Positions 26,547-34,520 of a stretch of 64,000 bases of DNA are shown in pieces. Origin of the DNA: a virus. A program made the translations under genes and the position numbers. The DNA lies in IMG/VR virus record IMGVR_UViG_3300029305_000264, positions 1 through 64,000 of that record; one strand, written 5' to 3'. The notes below the pieces were generated by a model that was not told where the DNA came from, searched no databases, and saw only the letters and a list, made by a program, of their open reading frames with translations. Position 1 is the stretch's first letter. Each line of letters starts with the position of its first letter.

Positions 26547-28136
26547 ATGTATCGTGTATACTGCGATTCTTTCCTGCTTTATGATGGCACGGAAGAATAC
26601 ATGATATTTTCCCCGAAGGTAGAATTGGAATTGAATCAGATCGGGAAGTTTGAATTTACCATTTACAACAATCATCCGAACTTTGACAGCCTGCGGCGGT
26701 TGAAATCCATCGTTACGGTGTACCAAGACGATTATTTGCTATTCCGTGGGCGCATCCTAAACGATGAACAGGGATTTTATAACGAGAAGCAAGTTTTCTG
26801 CGAAGGAGAACTTGCTTTTTTCGTTGATTCCATCCAAAGACCGTATGACTTCACCGGAACGCCTGCGGAACTGTTTGCGCAGCTTATCGCAAACCACAAT
26901 GCGCAGGTAGAAGAATCCCGGCGGTTCATTGTCGGCAATGTCACGGTGACGGATGCCAATGATTATATTTCCCGGAGTGATTCGGAATATCTGAATACAT
27001 GGGAAAGCATAAATAAGAAGCTGATAGAAACGCACGGCGGCTTCCTATGGGTGCGGCATGAACCGGACGGAAACTATATTGATTATCTTTCGGAATTGAA
27101 TTTGCTTGCGCCGCAGGCGGTGGAGTTTGGTAAAAACCTTCTCGATCTGAAAAGGGAAACGAAAGGGGAAGATATTGCAACAGCAATAATTCCCTTGGGT
27201 GCCAAACTGGAAGGAAGCGAAAGCAGGCTTTCCATTGTCGATGTGAATAACGGTGTGGACTATGTGTATAACCAAGAAGCCGTGGACCGTTACGGATGGA
27301 TTTTCCGGGTGCAGACTTGGGATGATGTTACGGAGCCGGGAAACCTGCTTACAAAGGCAAACGGAGCCCTTTTGGAGCAGGTGCAGATGCTTTATAGTAT
27401 CGAACTTACGGCGGCGGACCTTGCCACGATAAACAAGGAAATAGAATCGTTCCATTTGGGCGTGTGGGTGCAGGTGACAACGAATCCGCATTCCATCAAT
27501 CAGCGGTTCCTTGTCACGAAGCTATCCATTGACCTTTTGCAACCTGCGGCGAACAAGTTGACCTTGGGGGAAACTGTTTACACCATGACAGAACAGGCTG
27601 TAAGGGGGCAAATCGCGGCAGAAAATCGCACGGTGGAAATTACATCGGACCTGTCCGAAAAAGTCAATACAAGCCTATTAGAAACGGAAACAAAACTATC
27701 CGCACAAATCCTTGCTACTTCGGAAAGCATCACATCAACAATCATGGAAGAAGTGTATTTGAAGGAAGATACCGATGCAATCATTTCTTCGGTGACAAAC
27801 CAAATCACGCAGACTGCGGAAGATGTGGAAATCCGGTTCACGGAGTTTTCGCAGAACATCAATGATGTGGCAGCAGGCGCGGATGCACAGTTTGAGGAAA
27901 TAAGCAAATACATCCGCTTTGTCGATGGGAATATAGTCCTAGGCGAAGATGGAAACACTTTGACTTTGCGGATTGAGAATGACCGAATATCATTCCTTGA
28001 TTCCGGGTTGGAAGTGGCATATTTCAGCAACAGCAAACTGTATGTGATGGATGGCGAATTTCTGCATTCTTTACAGCTTGGAAACTTCGCGTTCATTCCG
28101 AGAGAGAACGGCAATCTATCATTTAAAAAATTGTAG
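26547..28136 (+). CDS. tail-associated lysin-like hub protein (Tal, prophage endopeptidase tail family N-terminus)
   Basis: …GKFEFTIYNNHPNFDSL…IVTVYQDDYLLFRGRIL…KQVFCEGELAFFVDS pattern; follows Dit. Confidence 0.7.
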   Translation: MYRVYCDSFLLYDGTEEYMIFSPKVELELNQIGKFEFTIYNNHPNFDSLRRLKSIVTVYQDDYLLFRGRILNDEQGFYNEKQVFCEGELAFFVDSIQRPYDFTGTPAELFAQLIANHNAQVEESRRFIVGNVTVTDANDYISRSDSEYLNTWESINKKLIETHGGFLWVRHEPDGNYIDYLSELNLLAPQAVEFGKNLLDLKRETKGEDIATAIIPLGAKLEGSESRLSIVDVNNGVDYVYNQEAVDRYGWIFRVQTWDDVTEPGNLLTKANGALLEQVQMLYSIELTAADLATINKEIESFHLGVWVQVTTNPHSINQRFLVTKLSIDLLQPAANKLTLGETVYTMTEQAVRGQIAAENRTVEITSDLSEKVNTSLLETETKLSAQILATSESITSTIMEEVYLKEDTDAIISSVTNQITQTAEDVEIRFTEFSQNINDVAAGADAQFEEISKYIRFVDGNIVLGEDGNTLTLRIENDRISFLDSGLEVAYFSNSKLYVMDGEFLHSLQLGNFAFIPRENGNLSFKKL

Positions 28137-28145
28137 GGGGCATAA

Positions 28146-30086
28146 ATGGCAACATCAAGTGCAATGTCTACTACAAATGATAAAATCAAGTACAAAATTA
28201 CCATAACGCAAAACAGCCAAAGCGTGGCGAATAATACTTCCAATGTGACAGTTTCGGTCCGGGTATACCGTACCAACACCGGATATACCACATACGGCAC
28301 CGGAACGGTGTATTGCACCATAAACGGCACGCAGTACACAGCGGCAATCACATCGGATGATAAAATCACATCTTCGGGAATCGTGCTATTCTCCCGGACA
28401 ATGAATATCACGCATAACGCGGACGGTACGAAAACACTTGCTACATCCGCCCGGATAACGCACGATCAGTTTTCTTCCAGTTCGCAGAGTTATTCGCAGG
28501 CGTTGACAACCATTCCGAGGGCAACCACGCCGACAGTATCGGCATCTTCGGTGAACATGGGTGCAAGCATCACGATAAATATGCCGAGAGCTTCGAGCAG
28601 TTTCGAACATACCTTGACATATAAATTCGGGAGCGCAACCGGAACCATCGGAAGCGAACTTGGAACATCCAAAGCATGGACGGTTCCTTTAAGCCTTGCA
28701 AGCCAAATTCCAAACGGAACATCCGGAACCTGCACCATCACCTGCAAGACATACAACGGAAGTACACTGATAGGCACCAAGACCGTTTCCTTTACCGCGA
28801 AGGTGCCTTCTTCGGTTGTGCCTAGCATTTCTACCCTTGCGGTGTCGGAAGGCGTTTCCGGGCTTTCTGCGAAGTTTGGGGGCTATGTGCAGAATAAATC
28901 CACGGCGAAGGTATCAATCACCGCCGCCGGGAGTTATTCTTCCACGATTAAGACCTACAAAACCACGGTTGCCGGGAAAAGCTACACCGGGAGCAGTTTT
29001 ACATCCGGGGTGCTTACTTCGTCCGGTACGGTGACGATATCAACCACAGTCACGGACAGCAGGGGCAGAACGGCATCCAAAAGTACCACAATCACGGTGC
29101 AGGCATACACGGCACCGAAAATCACGAAGTTTTCCGTATTCCGTGCGAATGCGGACGGTTCACAGAATTACGAAAGTACATCGGTAAGTTGCGCCTATGC
29201 TTGGAGCATTTCTGCGGTTGGGAATAAAAACAGCAATTCCTATTTGTTCGAGTATAAGGCAAAAGCGGCTTCGGAATGGACTGCGCTTGCATCCGGCAAT
29301 TCTTACAGCATCAACACCACCCGGATTTTTTCGGATATCGCACCGATTGATTCATCGTATGATATGCGGTTGACTATTACGGACTATTTCGGGAGCGTTG
29401 TTGCGTTTGCGGAAGTACCGACAGCGTTCACCCTGCTTGATTTCCATTCTTCCGGAAAGGGCATTGCCTTCGGTAAAGTATCGGAGCAGGAAAACCAAAT
29501 GGAAATTGATATGCCAGTCGATTTCTACCGTGATTTATTTATGGGCGGCTTAAAGCGTTCCAATGATGAAAAGAATATGTACTTCCAAACCACGGAAGAT
29601 TCTACGAATGTACATAATTGCAAACTGTACGGCGGCAATGGTGCTTCGGTAACATCCATCGGGTGTTGGGATTCTGCAAGAAATCACGGCATTTGGCGTT
29701 ATTTAAGCAGTACGCAGAATCTTGTATTTGATGCGAATGTAAAGGTTACAAGGGCAAACGGCGGTGATGAATTTGTCACATCCGATCCGGTGACACACGG
29801 AAGCAGGACCGGAAAGGTTTTCTTTTCAAATGGGCTTCTGATTCAATGGGGCGTTGAATCAATAACGCCTGTTGCGAATACACCGACAGCAAAGGCGGTG
29901 ACATTCTCCACAGCTTACACATCAATTCCGATGGTACTTACAACGGCAATCACCACGGTTCCGGGAACATCGGTTTCCGGCAATGCGGCGGCGAATATCA
30001 CAGTTTCGGGCTTCGATGCCTATGTGACACGAAACGGCGCAACGAATACTTCCGTAGGATGGATTGCGATAGGGTATAGAGCATAA
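28146..30086 (+). CDS. DUF859-like tail fibre / receptor-binding protein
   Basis: KYKITITQNSQSVANNTSNVTVSVRVYRTNTGYTTYGTGT… Ser/Thr-rich beta repeats typical of siphovirus DUF859 proteins. Confidence 0.6.
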   Translation: MATSSAMSTTNDKIKYKITITQNSQSVANNTSNVTVSVRVYRTNTGYTTYGTGTVYCTINGTQYTAAITSDDKITSSGIVLFSRTMNITHNADGTKTLATSARITHDQFSSSSQSYSQALTTIPRATTPTVSASSVNMGASITINMPRASSSFEHTLTYKFGSATGTIGSELGTSKAWTVPLSLASQIPNGTSGTCTITCKTYNGSTLIGTKTVSFTAKVPSSVVPSISTLAVSEGVSGLSAKFGGYVQNKSTAKVSITAAGSYSSTIKTYKTTVAGKSYTGSSFTSGVLTSSGTVTISTTVTDSRGRTASKSTTITVQAYTAPKITKFSVFRANADGSQNYESTSVSCAYAWSISAVGNKNSNSYLFEYKAKAASEWTALASGNSYSINTTRIFSDIAPIDSSYDMRLTITDYFGSVVAFAEVPTAFTLLDFHSSGKGIAFGKVSEQENQMEIDMPVDFYRDLFMGGLKRSNDEKNMYFQTTEDSTNVHNCKLYGGNGASVTSIGCWDSARNHGIWRYLSSTQNLVFDANVKVTRANGGDEFVTSDPVTHGSRTGKVFFSNGLLIQWGVESITPVANTPTAKAVTFSTAYTSIPMVLTTAITTVPGTSVSGNAAANITVSGFDAYVTRNGATNTSVGWIAIGYRA

Positions 30087-30112
30087 AACACAAAAGAAAG
30101 GATAAACAGGGC

Positions 30113-30361
30113 ATGGAAACAATAATTGCGGCAGGCATCGGGGGTGTAGTAACACTTATCGTGTGCATTGTAAACAATCACTTTCAGCAGCAGCAGACAA
30201 GGAATCTGATAGAATATAAGTTGGACGAACTTACAAAGCGCGTTGACAAACATAATAATGTTATAGAGCGCGTGTATCGGTTGGAACAACACGAAGCAGT
30301 TATTGATGAACAAATGAAAGTGGCGAATCATAGACTTTCAGACCTTGAAAAAGCGGAGTAA
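30113..30361 (+). CDS. small membrane protein (N-terminal TM + coiled coil), holin-like by position
   Basis: AAGIGGVVTLIVCIV TM then a heptad-rich tail; last gene of the tail operon, followed by a terminator. Confidence 0.4.
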   Translation: METIIAAGIGGVVTLIVCIVNNHFQQQQTRNLIEYKLDELTKRVDKHNNVIERVYRLEQHEAVIDEQMKVANHRLSDLEKAE

Positions 30362-30367
30362 AGAGAA

Positions 30368-30399
30368 AGGGCAGGGGTTATTCCTTGCCCTCTTTTTTT
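30368..30399 (+). terminator. rho-independent terminator ending the prophage-1 late operon
   Basis: Stem 30368-30376/30383-30391 (AGGGCAGGG/CCTTGCCCT) followed by CTTTTTTT. Confidence 0.75.
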
Positions 30400-30483
30400 G
30401 TCGAATAAATGTTCCGACTGTTTTTCTTGATATTATGGTAATATAATTAAATTACCAAAATATTCATGCAAAGGAGTGGTGCT

Positions 30484-31590
30484 ATGGGAGCGGTCAAGCA
30501 GAAAAAGAAGAAAAAATGGTGGATTGTTGTTTTGGTGATTTTGGTGTTAGGTATTATCGGTTCATTTGGTTCGGACGATGAAGAGGGCGAAGATACAAGG
30601 CAGATACCAACGCAGGCGGCAACAGAAGTTCCAACCGAAGCACCAACAGCCACGGAAGCACCGGAGCCAACAGAAGCGGTCCAAGAACCAACAGTGGAAC
30701 CGGAACCGACAGCCACGCCGAAGCCAACATCTACACCTACACCGAAACCGACAGCAACACCGGAACCGACAGCCACGCCAAAACCAACAGCTATTCCTAA
30801 AAAATTGAGCGTTTCTGATATACCGGAATACTCCTTGGAAGCATATATTTCCGTGTTTGATAATATTCCGCAGTTTGCGGATGACGAAATCACAACACAA
30901 TCCTTTGAGGAATACAGCCCATTGGATGCGCTTGGAAGATGCGGCGTTGCGTATGCCTGCATCTGGACGGATTTACTACCGGAAGGAGAGCGCGGCGAAA
31001 TCGGTCAAATAAAACCGGCAGGATGGCATACAGTAAAATATGAGGGGATTGACGGACTCTATTTGTATAACCGATGCCATTTGATAGGTTGGCAGTTGAC
31101 CGGAGAAAACGCGAACGAAAAGAATCTGATTACCGGAACACGATACATGAATATACAAGGAATGCAACCGTTTGAGAATAAAGTGTATGATTATGTTAGA
31201 AGTACGGGCAACCATGTTTTATACCGTGTAACGCCGATGTATAAGGGTAACAATCTAATTGCCGAAGGCTTGCAGATAGAAGCATTGTCGGTAGAGGATA
31301 ACGGAAAAGGAATATGTTTCAATGTGTTCTGTTATAATGTACAGCCGGGAATCGTGATTGATTATGCAACCGGAGATAGCTACGAAGAAGAAGTGGAAGT
31401 TCCGGACAGGTCTGTTATTACAGAGAATGAGGGAACGGCGTATGTAATGAATACGAATACAAAGAAGTTTCATTATCCATACTGTTCGAGTGTTGCAGAT
31501 ATAAAGGCGAAAAACTACGCAGAGTTTGTGGGGGATAGGCAGGAACTTATAGACGATGGATATTCAGCTTGTAAAAGGTGCAACCCATAA
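30484..31590 (+). CDS. membrane-anchored extracellular DNA/RNA non-specific endonuclease (EndA / Endonuclease_NS_2-like) with Pro/Thr linker and C-terminal Ada-type Zn-binding-like domain
   Basis: KKKKKKWWIVVLVILVLGIIGSFG anchor; (E/K)PT(A/S)TP repeats; LYNRCHLIGWQLTGENANEKNLITGTRYMN…MQPFENKV nuclease core; KKFHYPYC…GYSACKRCNP; start ATG 30484 (RBS aaaggag). Confidence 0.75.
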   Translation: MGAVKQKKKKKWWIVVLVILVLGIIGSFGSDDEEGEDTRQIPTQAATEVPTEAPTATEAPEPTEAVQEPTVEPEPTATPKPTSTPTPKPTATPEPTATPKPTAIPKKLSVSDIPEYSLEAYISVFDNIPQFADDEITTQSFEEYSPLDALGRCGVAYACIWTDLLPEGERGEIGQIKPAGWHTVKYEGIDGLYLYNRCHLIGWQLTGENANEKNLITGTRYMNIQGMQPFENKVYDYVRSTGNHVLYRVTPMYKGNNLIAEGLQIEALSVEDNGKGICFNVFCYNVQPGIVIDYATGDSYEEEVEVPDRSVITENEGTAYVMNTNTKKFHYPYCSSVADIKAKNYAEFVGDRQELIDDGYSACKRCNP

Positions 31591-31598
31591 GACAGACA

Positions 31599-31620
31599 AA
31601 AGGGCGGATTTCTCCGCCCA
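31599..31620. terminator. hairpin between convergent genes (best fits a terminator for the minus-strand gene)
   Basis: GGGCGGA-tttc-TCCGCCC (31602-31619); U-tract only on the minus-strand side (TTTTGT). Confidence 0.55.
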
Positions 31621-31941
31621 TCATAAATTATACTTTTCAAATTCGGCTTCCCAAAACGGCATGAATGCGAATGACCGTCCATGCGGCTTTGATTTATGCC
31701 ATTCCGGGAAGATGCCTTCTTCGACTTTGAATTGTGCAACGCGCCGCGCCTTCTTTGCGGTTTCTAAATCCTTGAAGGAGCCGATGGAAAACTTGTGGTA
31801 TTTGTACTGCATATCCACTTTGTAGCTTTTCGATTTTTCATACCATGATATGCCGTATTCACCATGCTTGTTAAAAGGCGTGATTCCTTCTGTTTGTCCT
31901 GTGGAAATAATCGTGATTCCATTACGAATTGTTCTTTGCAT
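31621..31941 (-). CDS. stand-alone AP2-like DNA-binding domain protein (106 aa)
   Basis: YGISWYEKSKSYKVDMQYKYHKFSIGSFKDLETAKKARRVA fits the AP2/integrase-type DNA-binding pattern; start moved to MQRTIRNG (31941). Confidence 0.55.
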   Translation of the reverse strand: MQRTIRNGITIISTGQTEGITPFNKHGEYGISWYEKSKSYKVDMQYKYHKFSIGSFKDLETAKKARRVAQFKVEEGIFPEWHKSKPHGRSFAFMPFWEAEFEKYNL

Positions 31942-32035
31942 CTTGCATCCATCCTTTGTATTGTATTTTAGATGCAAGTTTATATGGATGGATAAAGCCA
32001 AACATACAAACTTGCACATAATGCGATTTTTAAAT

Positions 32036-32077
32036 ACTGGCGGTGTTCTAGGGCTTTATAGCCTTAGAAACGCCAGT
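32036..32077. repeat. 42-bp imperfect palindrome spanning the integrase stop codon (terminator or att-type recombinase site)
   Basis: ACTGGCGgTgTTCTAGGGCT-TTAT-AGCCTTAGAAACGCCAGT; arms pair apart from two bulged G and one mismatch. Confidence 0.5.
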
Positions 32078-33497
32078 GTATTTGTATATCTTCCCCATCA
32101 ATAACGATGTGGTCTATCAGTTCAGATATTGCCGTGTGTGTCGCGTAGCAGTCACCCGATTCTACCACACTTTCGAAAGCATCAACAACCGAAACGATTT
32201 CTTCCTTTGTGATTGTCGGTGCGATTTCTTCGAGGTTTTCCAGTTCAGCTTCCAAGGACCGCTTTTCATCGTTCAGCGGATTCATTTTCGCTTTTACCAC
32301 GGATAAATCAATTCCATCCATCGTGTACAAGTCCATCAATTTAGAAACTTGGCTTTCGATTTGTTCAATACGCTTCCGAAGCATCTTTTGCTTCGCGGAT
32401 GTATCGACACTTTCCCGAAGTTCTTCGATGTATGCAGGTTCCGATTTCAAACGGCGGATTTCTCCGAAAATGATTTCTTCAAGTTCATAATCGCGGTAAG
32501 TCTTATTTTTGCAATTCGGATTTTTCACTAATTTCGGATCGCTTTTAGACCTGCTATAACAAATATAATATCCGCGTTTCTTTCCCCATTTATCCCTTCC
32601 GTTTGTTCTCCAATGGTATTTTGCCGTACAGCATCCGCACCATATCATGCCGCCGATGGGCGTTTTGTACCGTTTCCCCGGTTTGTACTTCTCGTTTTCC
32701 TTGTCGCGTTCTGCCATAAGAGCCACGGCGCGTTCATAAGTCTTTTCGTCAATAAATCCATCGTGCAAGCCTTCGTATACTTTGCCCTTGTGGACTATCT
32801 TTCCGATGTATATAGGATTCAGAATCAATTCCCGGATTGTTTGTCCTTGCCATTCTCCGTACTTGGTGCGATATCCTTTATCGTTCATAATCTTTGCGAT
32901 TGAGTTTACCGGGGTGCGGCGCAGGAATAGATTATAAACTTCCTTTACCTGTTCCGCTTCGTATTCGTTTATTATGAGTTCTTCCGTTTCCTTATCGTAC
33001 CGGAAGCCGATAGGCACATTTCCGCCGCCTTTGTATTTACCTTCCTTGGCGCGCCCTTCTTTACCGTCAATCATTCTTTCCTTGATTCGGGAGCGTTCTA
33101 ATTCCGCAAAAACTGCGAGGATGCCCACCATAGCTTTTCCGAATGCGCTTGATGTATCGAATGATTCTGCCCTTGAAACAAAAGCCACATTCTGCGGTTC
33201 GAAAATCTTTTGAATCATATATAGGGTGTCAAATTGGCTTCGGGAAAGTCGGTCCAATTTATCAACAAGAATCATATCCGGGTGCAGTTTTGCGATTTCT
33301 TTAAGCATTTGTTTTAATGCCGGACGGTCCATAGTTCCGCCGGAATGCCCATCTTCAATATATACTTTGATAACTTCATATCCCATAGCTTCACAGTATT
33401 TTTGTAACCGATCCACTTGTTGCGGTATGGAGTAGCCTTCTTCGACTTGCAAAAGCGTTGATACACGCACATATATAAATACTCTTTTTTTCTGCAT
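32064..33497 (-). CDS. int: large serine recombinase (phage integrase)
   Basis: N-terminal resolvase domain VFIYVRVSTLLQVEEGYSIPQQ (catalytic Ser), recombinase domain, Zn-ribbon CGCC…YYICYSRSK…CKNK, C-terminal coiled coil; 477 aa. Confidence 0.9.
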   Translation of the reverse strand: MQKKRVFIYVRVSTLLQVEEGYSIPQQVDRLQKYCEAMGYEVIKVYIEDGHSGGTMDRPALKQMLKEIAKLHPDMILVDKLDRLSRSQFDTLYMIQKIFEPQNVAFVSRAESFDTSSAFGKAMVGILAVFAELERSRIKERMIDGKEGRAKEGKYKGGGNVPIGFRYDKETEELIINEYEAEQVKEVYNLFLRRTPVNSIAKIMNDKGYRTKYGEWQGQTIRELILNPIYIGKIVHKGKVYEGLHDGFIDEKTYERAVALMAERDKENEKYKPGKRYKTPIGGMIWCGCCTAKYHWRTNGRDKWGKKRGYYICYSRSKSDPKLVKNPNCKNKTYRDYELEEIIFGEIRRLKSEPAYIEELRESVDTSAKQKMLRKRIEQIESQVSKLMDLYTMDGIDLSVVKAKMNPLNDEKRSLEAELENLEEIAPTITKEEIVSVVDAFESVVESGDCYATHTAISELIDHIVIDGEDIQIHWRF

Positions 33498-33565
33498 GAT
33501 TTTTTTCTCCCTTATGTTCTAATATGGTTCTATGGTGCATACATTTTTACTGTGAATTATTTCCA

Positions 33566-33594
33566 TTTACTTTTAAATATTTTGTGAATATAAT
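33566..33594 (+). promoter_or_regulatory. sigma-A-type promoter firing toward the 3' end of the repressor gene
   Basis: TTTACT (33566-33571) - 17 nt - TATAAT (33589-33594). Confidence 0.45.
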
Positions 33595-33646
33595 GTTTTT
33601 GATGATTTCAGAACATTCGTTCCGTCCCCGGCGAAAGGAGCCTGCC

Positions 33647-33745
33647 ATGAAAGAAGAATACATACAAAAAATTGTTGAATTACTTGAAAGGTGCAACGAC
33701 ATTCCGCTTCTTGATTTAATCCTCAAATTACTTCAAAAAAGCTGA
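33647..33745 (+). CDS. 32-aa small ORF convergent with and overlapping the repressor 3' end
   Basis: MKEEYIQKIVELLERCNDIPLLDLILKLLQKS; RBS aaaggag 7 nt upstream; overlaps 33728-34108(-) by 18 nt. Confidence 0.4.
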   Translation: MKEEYIQKIVELLERCNDIPLLDLILKLLQKS

Positions 33746-34108
33746 TAGCATTTGCCGGACTGCGGCGAACTTCGTTTCATCCAATGAATGCAAATCTTCC
33801 ACAACAGACATAAAATCCGAATCCATCCGCAGGCGAACCACGATATCCGCAAGGGCATTGTTTTCTGCCTGCATTTTTTTATGTTCTTCGCTTTTTTCTT
33901 CTATCAAATCCGATTTTAATATCCCGAAATAGTTTGCAAGTATTTCTATCTTATCTATCCGGGGATATTTCTTCGCTTTGATCCAATCGTTGAAAGTGGA
34001 TGCCGCAACACCTGCCACTTCCGCCACTTCCTTTTGTGTCTTTCCCGATATCCTCACATAATACGCGAGGTTCTTTGCCATTGTTTCTTTATTTCCTATG
34101 TTACTCAT
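33728..34108 (-). CDS. XRE-family HTH repressor (cI-like, no S24 peptidase domain)
   Basis: LAYYVRISGKTQKEVAEVAGVAASTFNDWIKAKKYPRIDKIEILANYFG HTH; divergent from the cro-like gene. Confidence 0.8.
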   Translation of the reverse strand: MSNIGNKETMAKNLAYYVRISGKTQKEVAEVAGVAASTFNDWIKAKKYPRIDKIEILANYFGILKSDLIEEKSEEHKKMQAENNALADIVVRLRMDSDFMSVVEDLHSLDETKFAAVRQMLSAFLK

Positions 34109-34153
34109 ATAATCACTCCCTTCTTTTGTGGGTAATTATATATTACACCAAAT

Positions 34154-34255
34154 TCGCCCTAAAGTAAATTATTTTTTGAAAAAAATTCGCTAAAAGTGTT
34201 GACAAAATTATTTTAATATAGTATTATCATTCTTGGAAATTCGCTTAAAGCGAAA
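34154..34255. promoter_or_regulatory. Lysis/lysogeny switch: repeated operators TTCGC(N)TAAAG(C/T)G and divergent promoters
   Basis: Sites 34154-34166, 34187-34199 and the perfect 7-1-7 palindrome TTCGCTTAAAGCGAA at 34241-34255; rightward promoter TTGACA(34200-34205)-17-TATTAT(34223-34228); more sites at 34476-34501. Confidence 0.7.
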
Positions 34256-34266
34256 AACGAAAGGGG

Positions 34267-34485
34267 GTGCATCATAGTATGCCGAAAATTACACTGAAAG
34301 CCGCAAGGGTAAACGCAGGACTTACACAAAAGGAAGCGGCAAAGAGAATCAATGTAAGCAATAAAACGCTTTGTAATTGGGAAAGCGGAGCATCAATGCC
34401 GAAGGTTGATAAGATTGATGCTATTTGCGATTTGTACAATATCGCATACGATAACATTATTTTTTTACCTAGCAATTCGCTTTAA
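34267..34485 (+). CDS. Cro-like XRE-family HTH regulator
   Basis: ARVNAGLTQKEAAKRINVSNKTLCNWESG HTH; alternative start ATG 34279. Confidence 0.8.
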   Translation: MHHSMPKITLKAARVNAGLTQKEAAKRINVSNKTLCNWESGASMPKVDKIDAICDLYNIAYDNIIFLPSNSL

Positions 34486-34520
34486 GCGGATTTAAAGCGA
34501 ATAAGGAAGGAGCAGGCGGC

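Larger units (their letters stand above)
1..31620 (+). mobile_element. Prophage 1 (siphovirus-like, left end truncated by window; right boundary uncertain, somewhere 30400-32060)
   Basis: Uninterrupted same-strand phage gene order: recombination/replication -> TerS/TerL/portal/MuF -> scaffold/capsid/connectors -> tail/TMP/tail tip; tightly packed or overlapping ORFs. Confidence 0.85.

Noticed and set aside
24492-30086. Diversity-generating retroelement acting on the variable fibre genes
   Set aside because: No reverse transcriptase ORF occurs anywhere in the window, and I found no template/variable repeat pair with adenine-specific differences. The variability is explained by module replacement.
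30113-30361. Calling this ORF an XhlA-family haemolysin/holin
   Set aside because: As I recall it, XhlA has a coiled coil followed by a C-terminal TM. This protein has the reverse order, so only a generic membrane-protein, holin-like call by position is justified.
30600-30800. Short direct repeats (gaaccgacagccacgcc…) that could suggest a CRISPR array or VNTR
   Set aside because: They lie in frame inside the nuclease gene and encode the Pro/Thr-rich linker (PEPTATPKPT). There is no spacer-repeat architecture.
31590-32063. tRNA/tmRNA or host gene fragment as the integration target next to the integrase
   Set aside because: I could find no cloverleaf-compatible sequence or T-loop (GTTCGAATC-like) motif. 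The region contains only the AP2 ORF and AT-rich spacer, so the att site remains unassigned.
33524-33646. Long form (73 aa) of ORF 33524-33745
   Set aside because: The upstream part overlaps the predicted promoter (33566-33594) and lacks an RBS. Only the 32-aa form starting at 33647 has a Shine-Dalgarno sequence.
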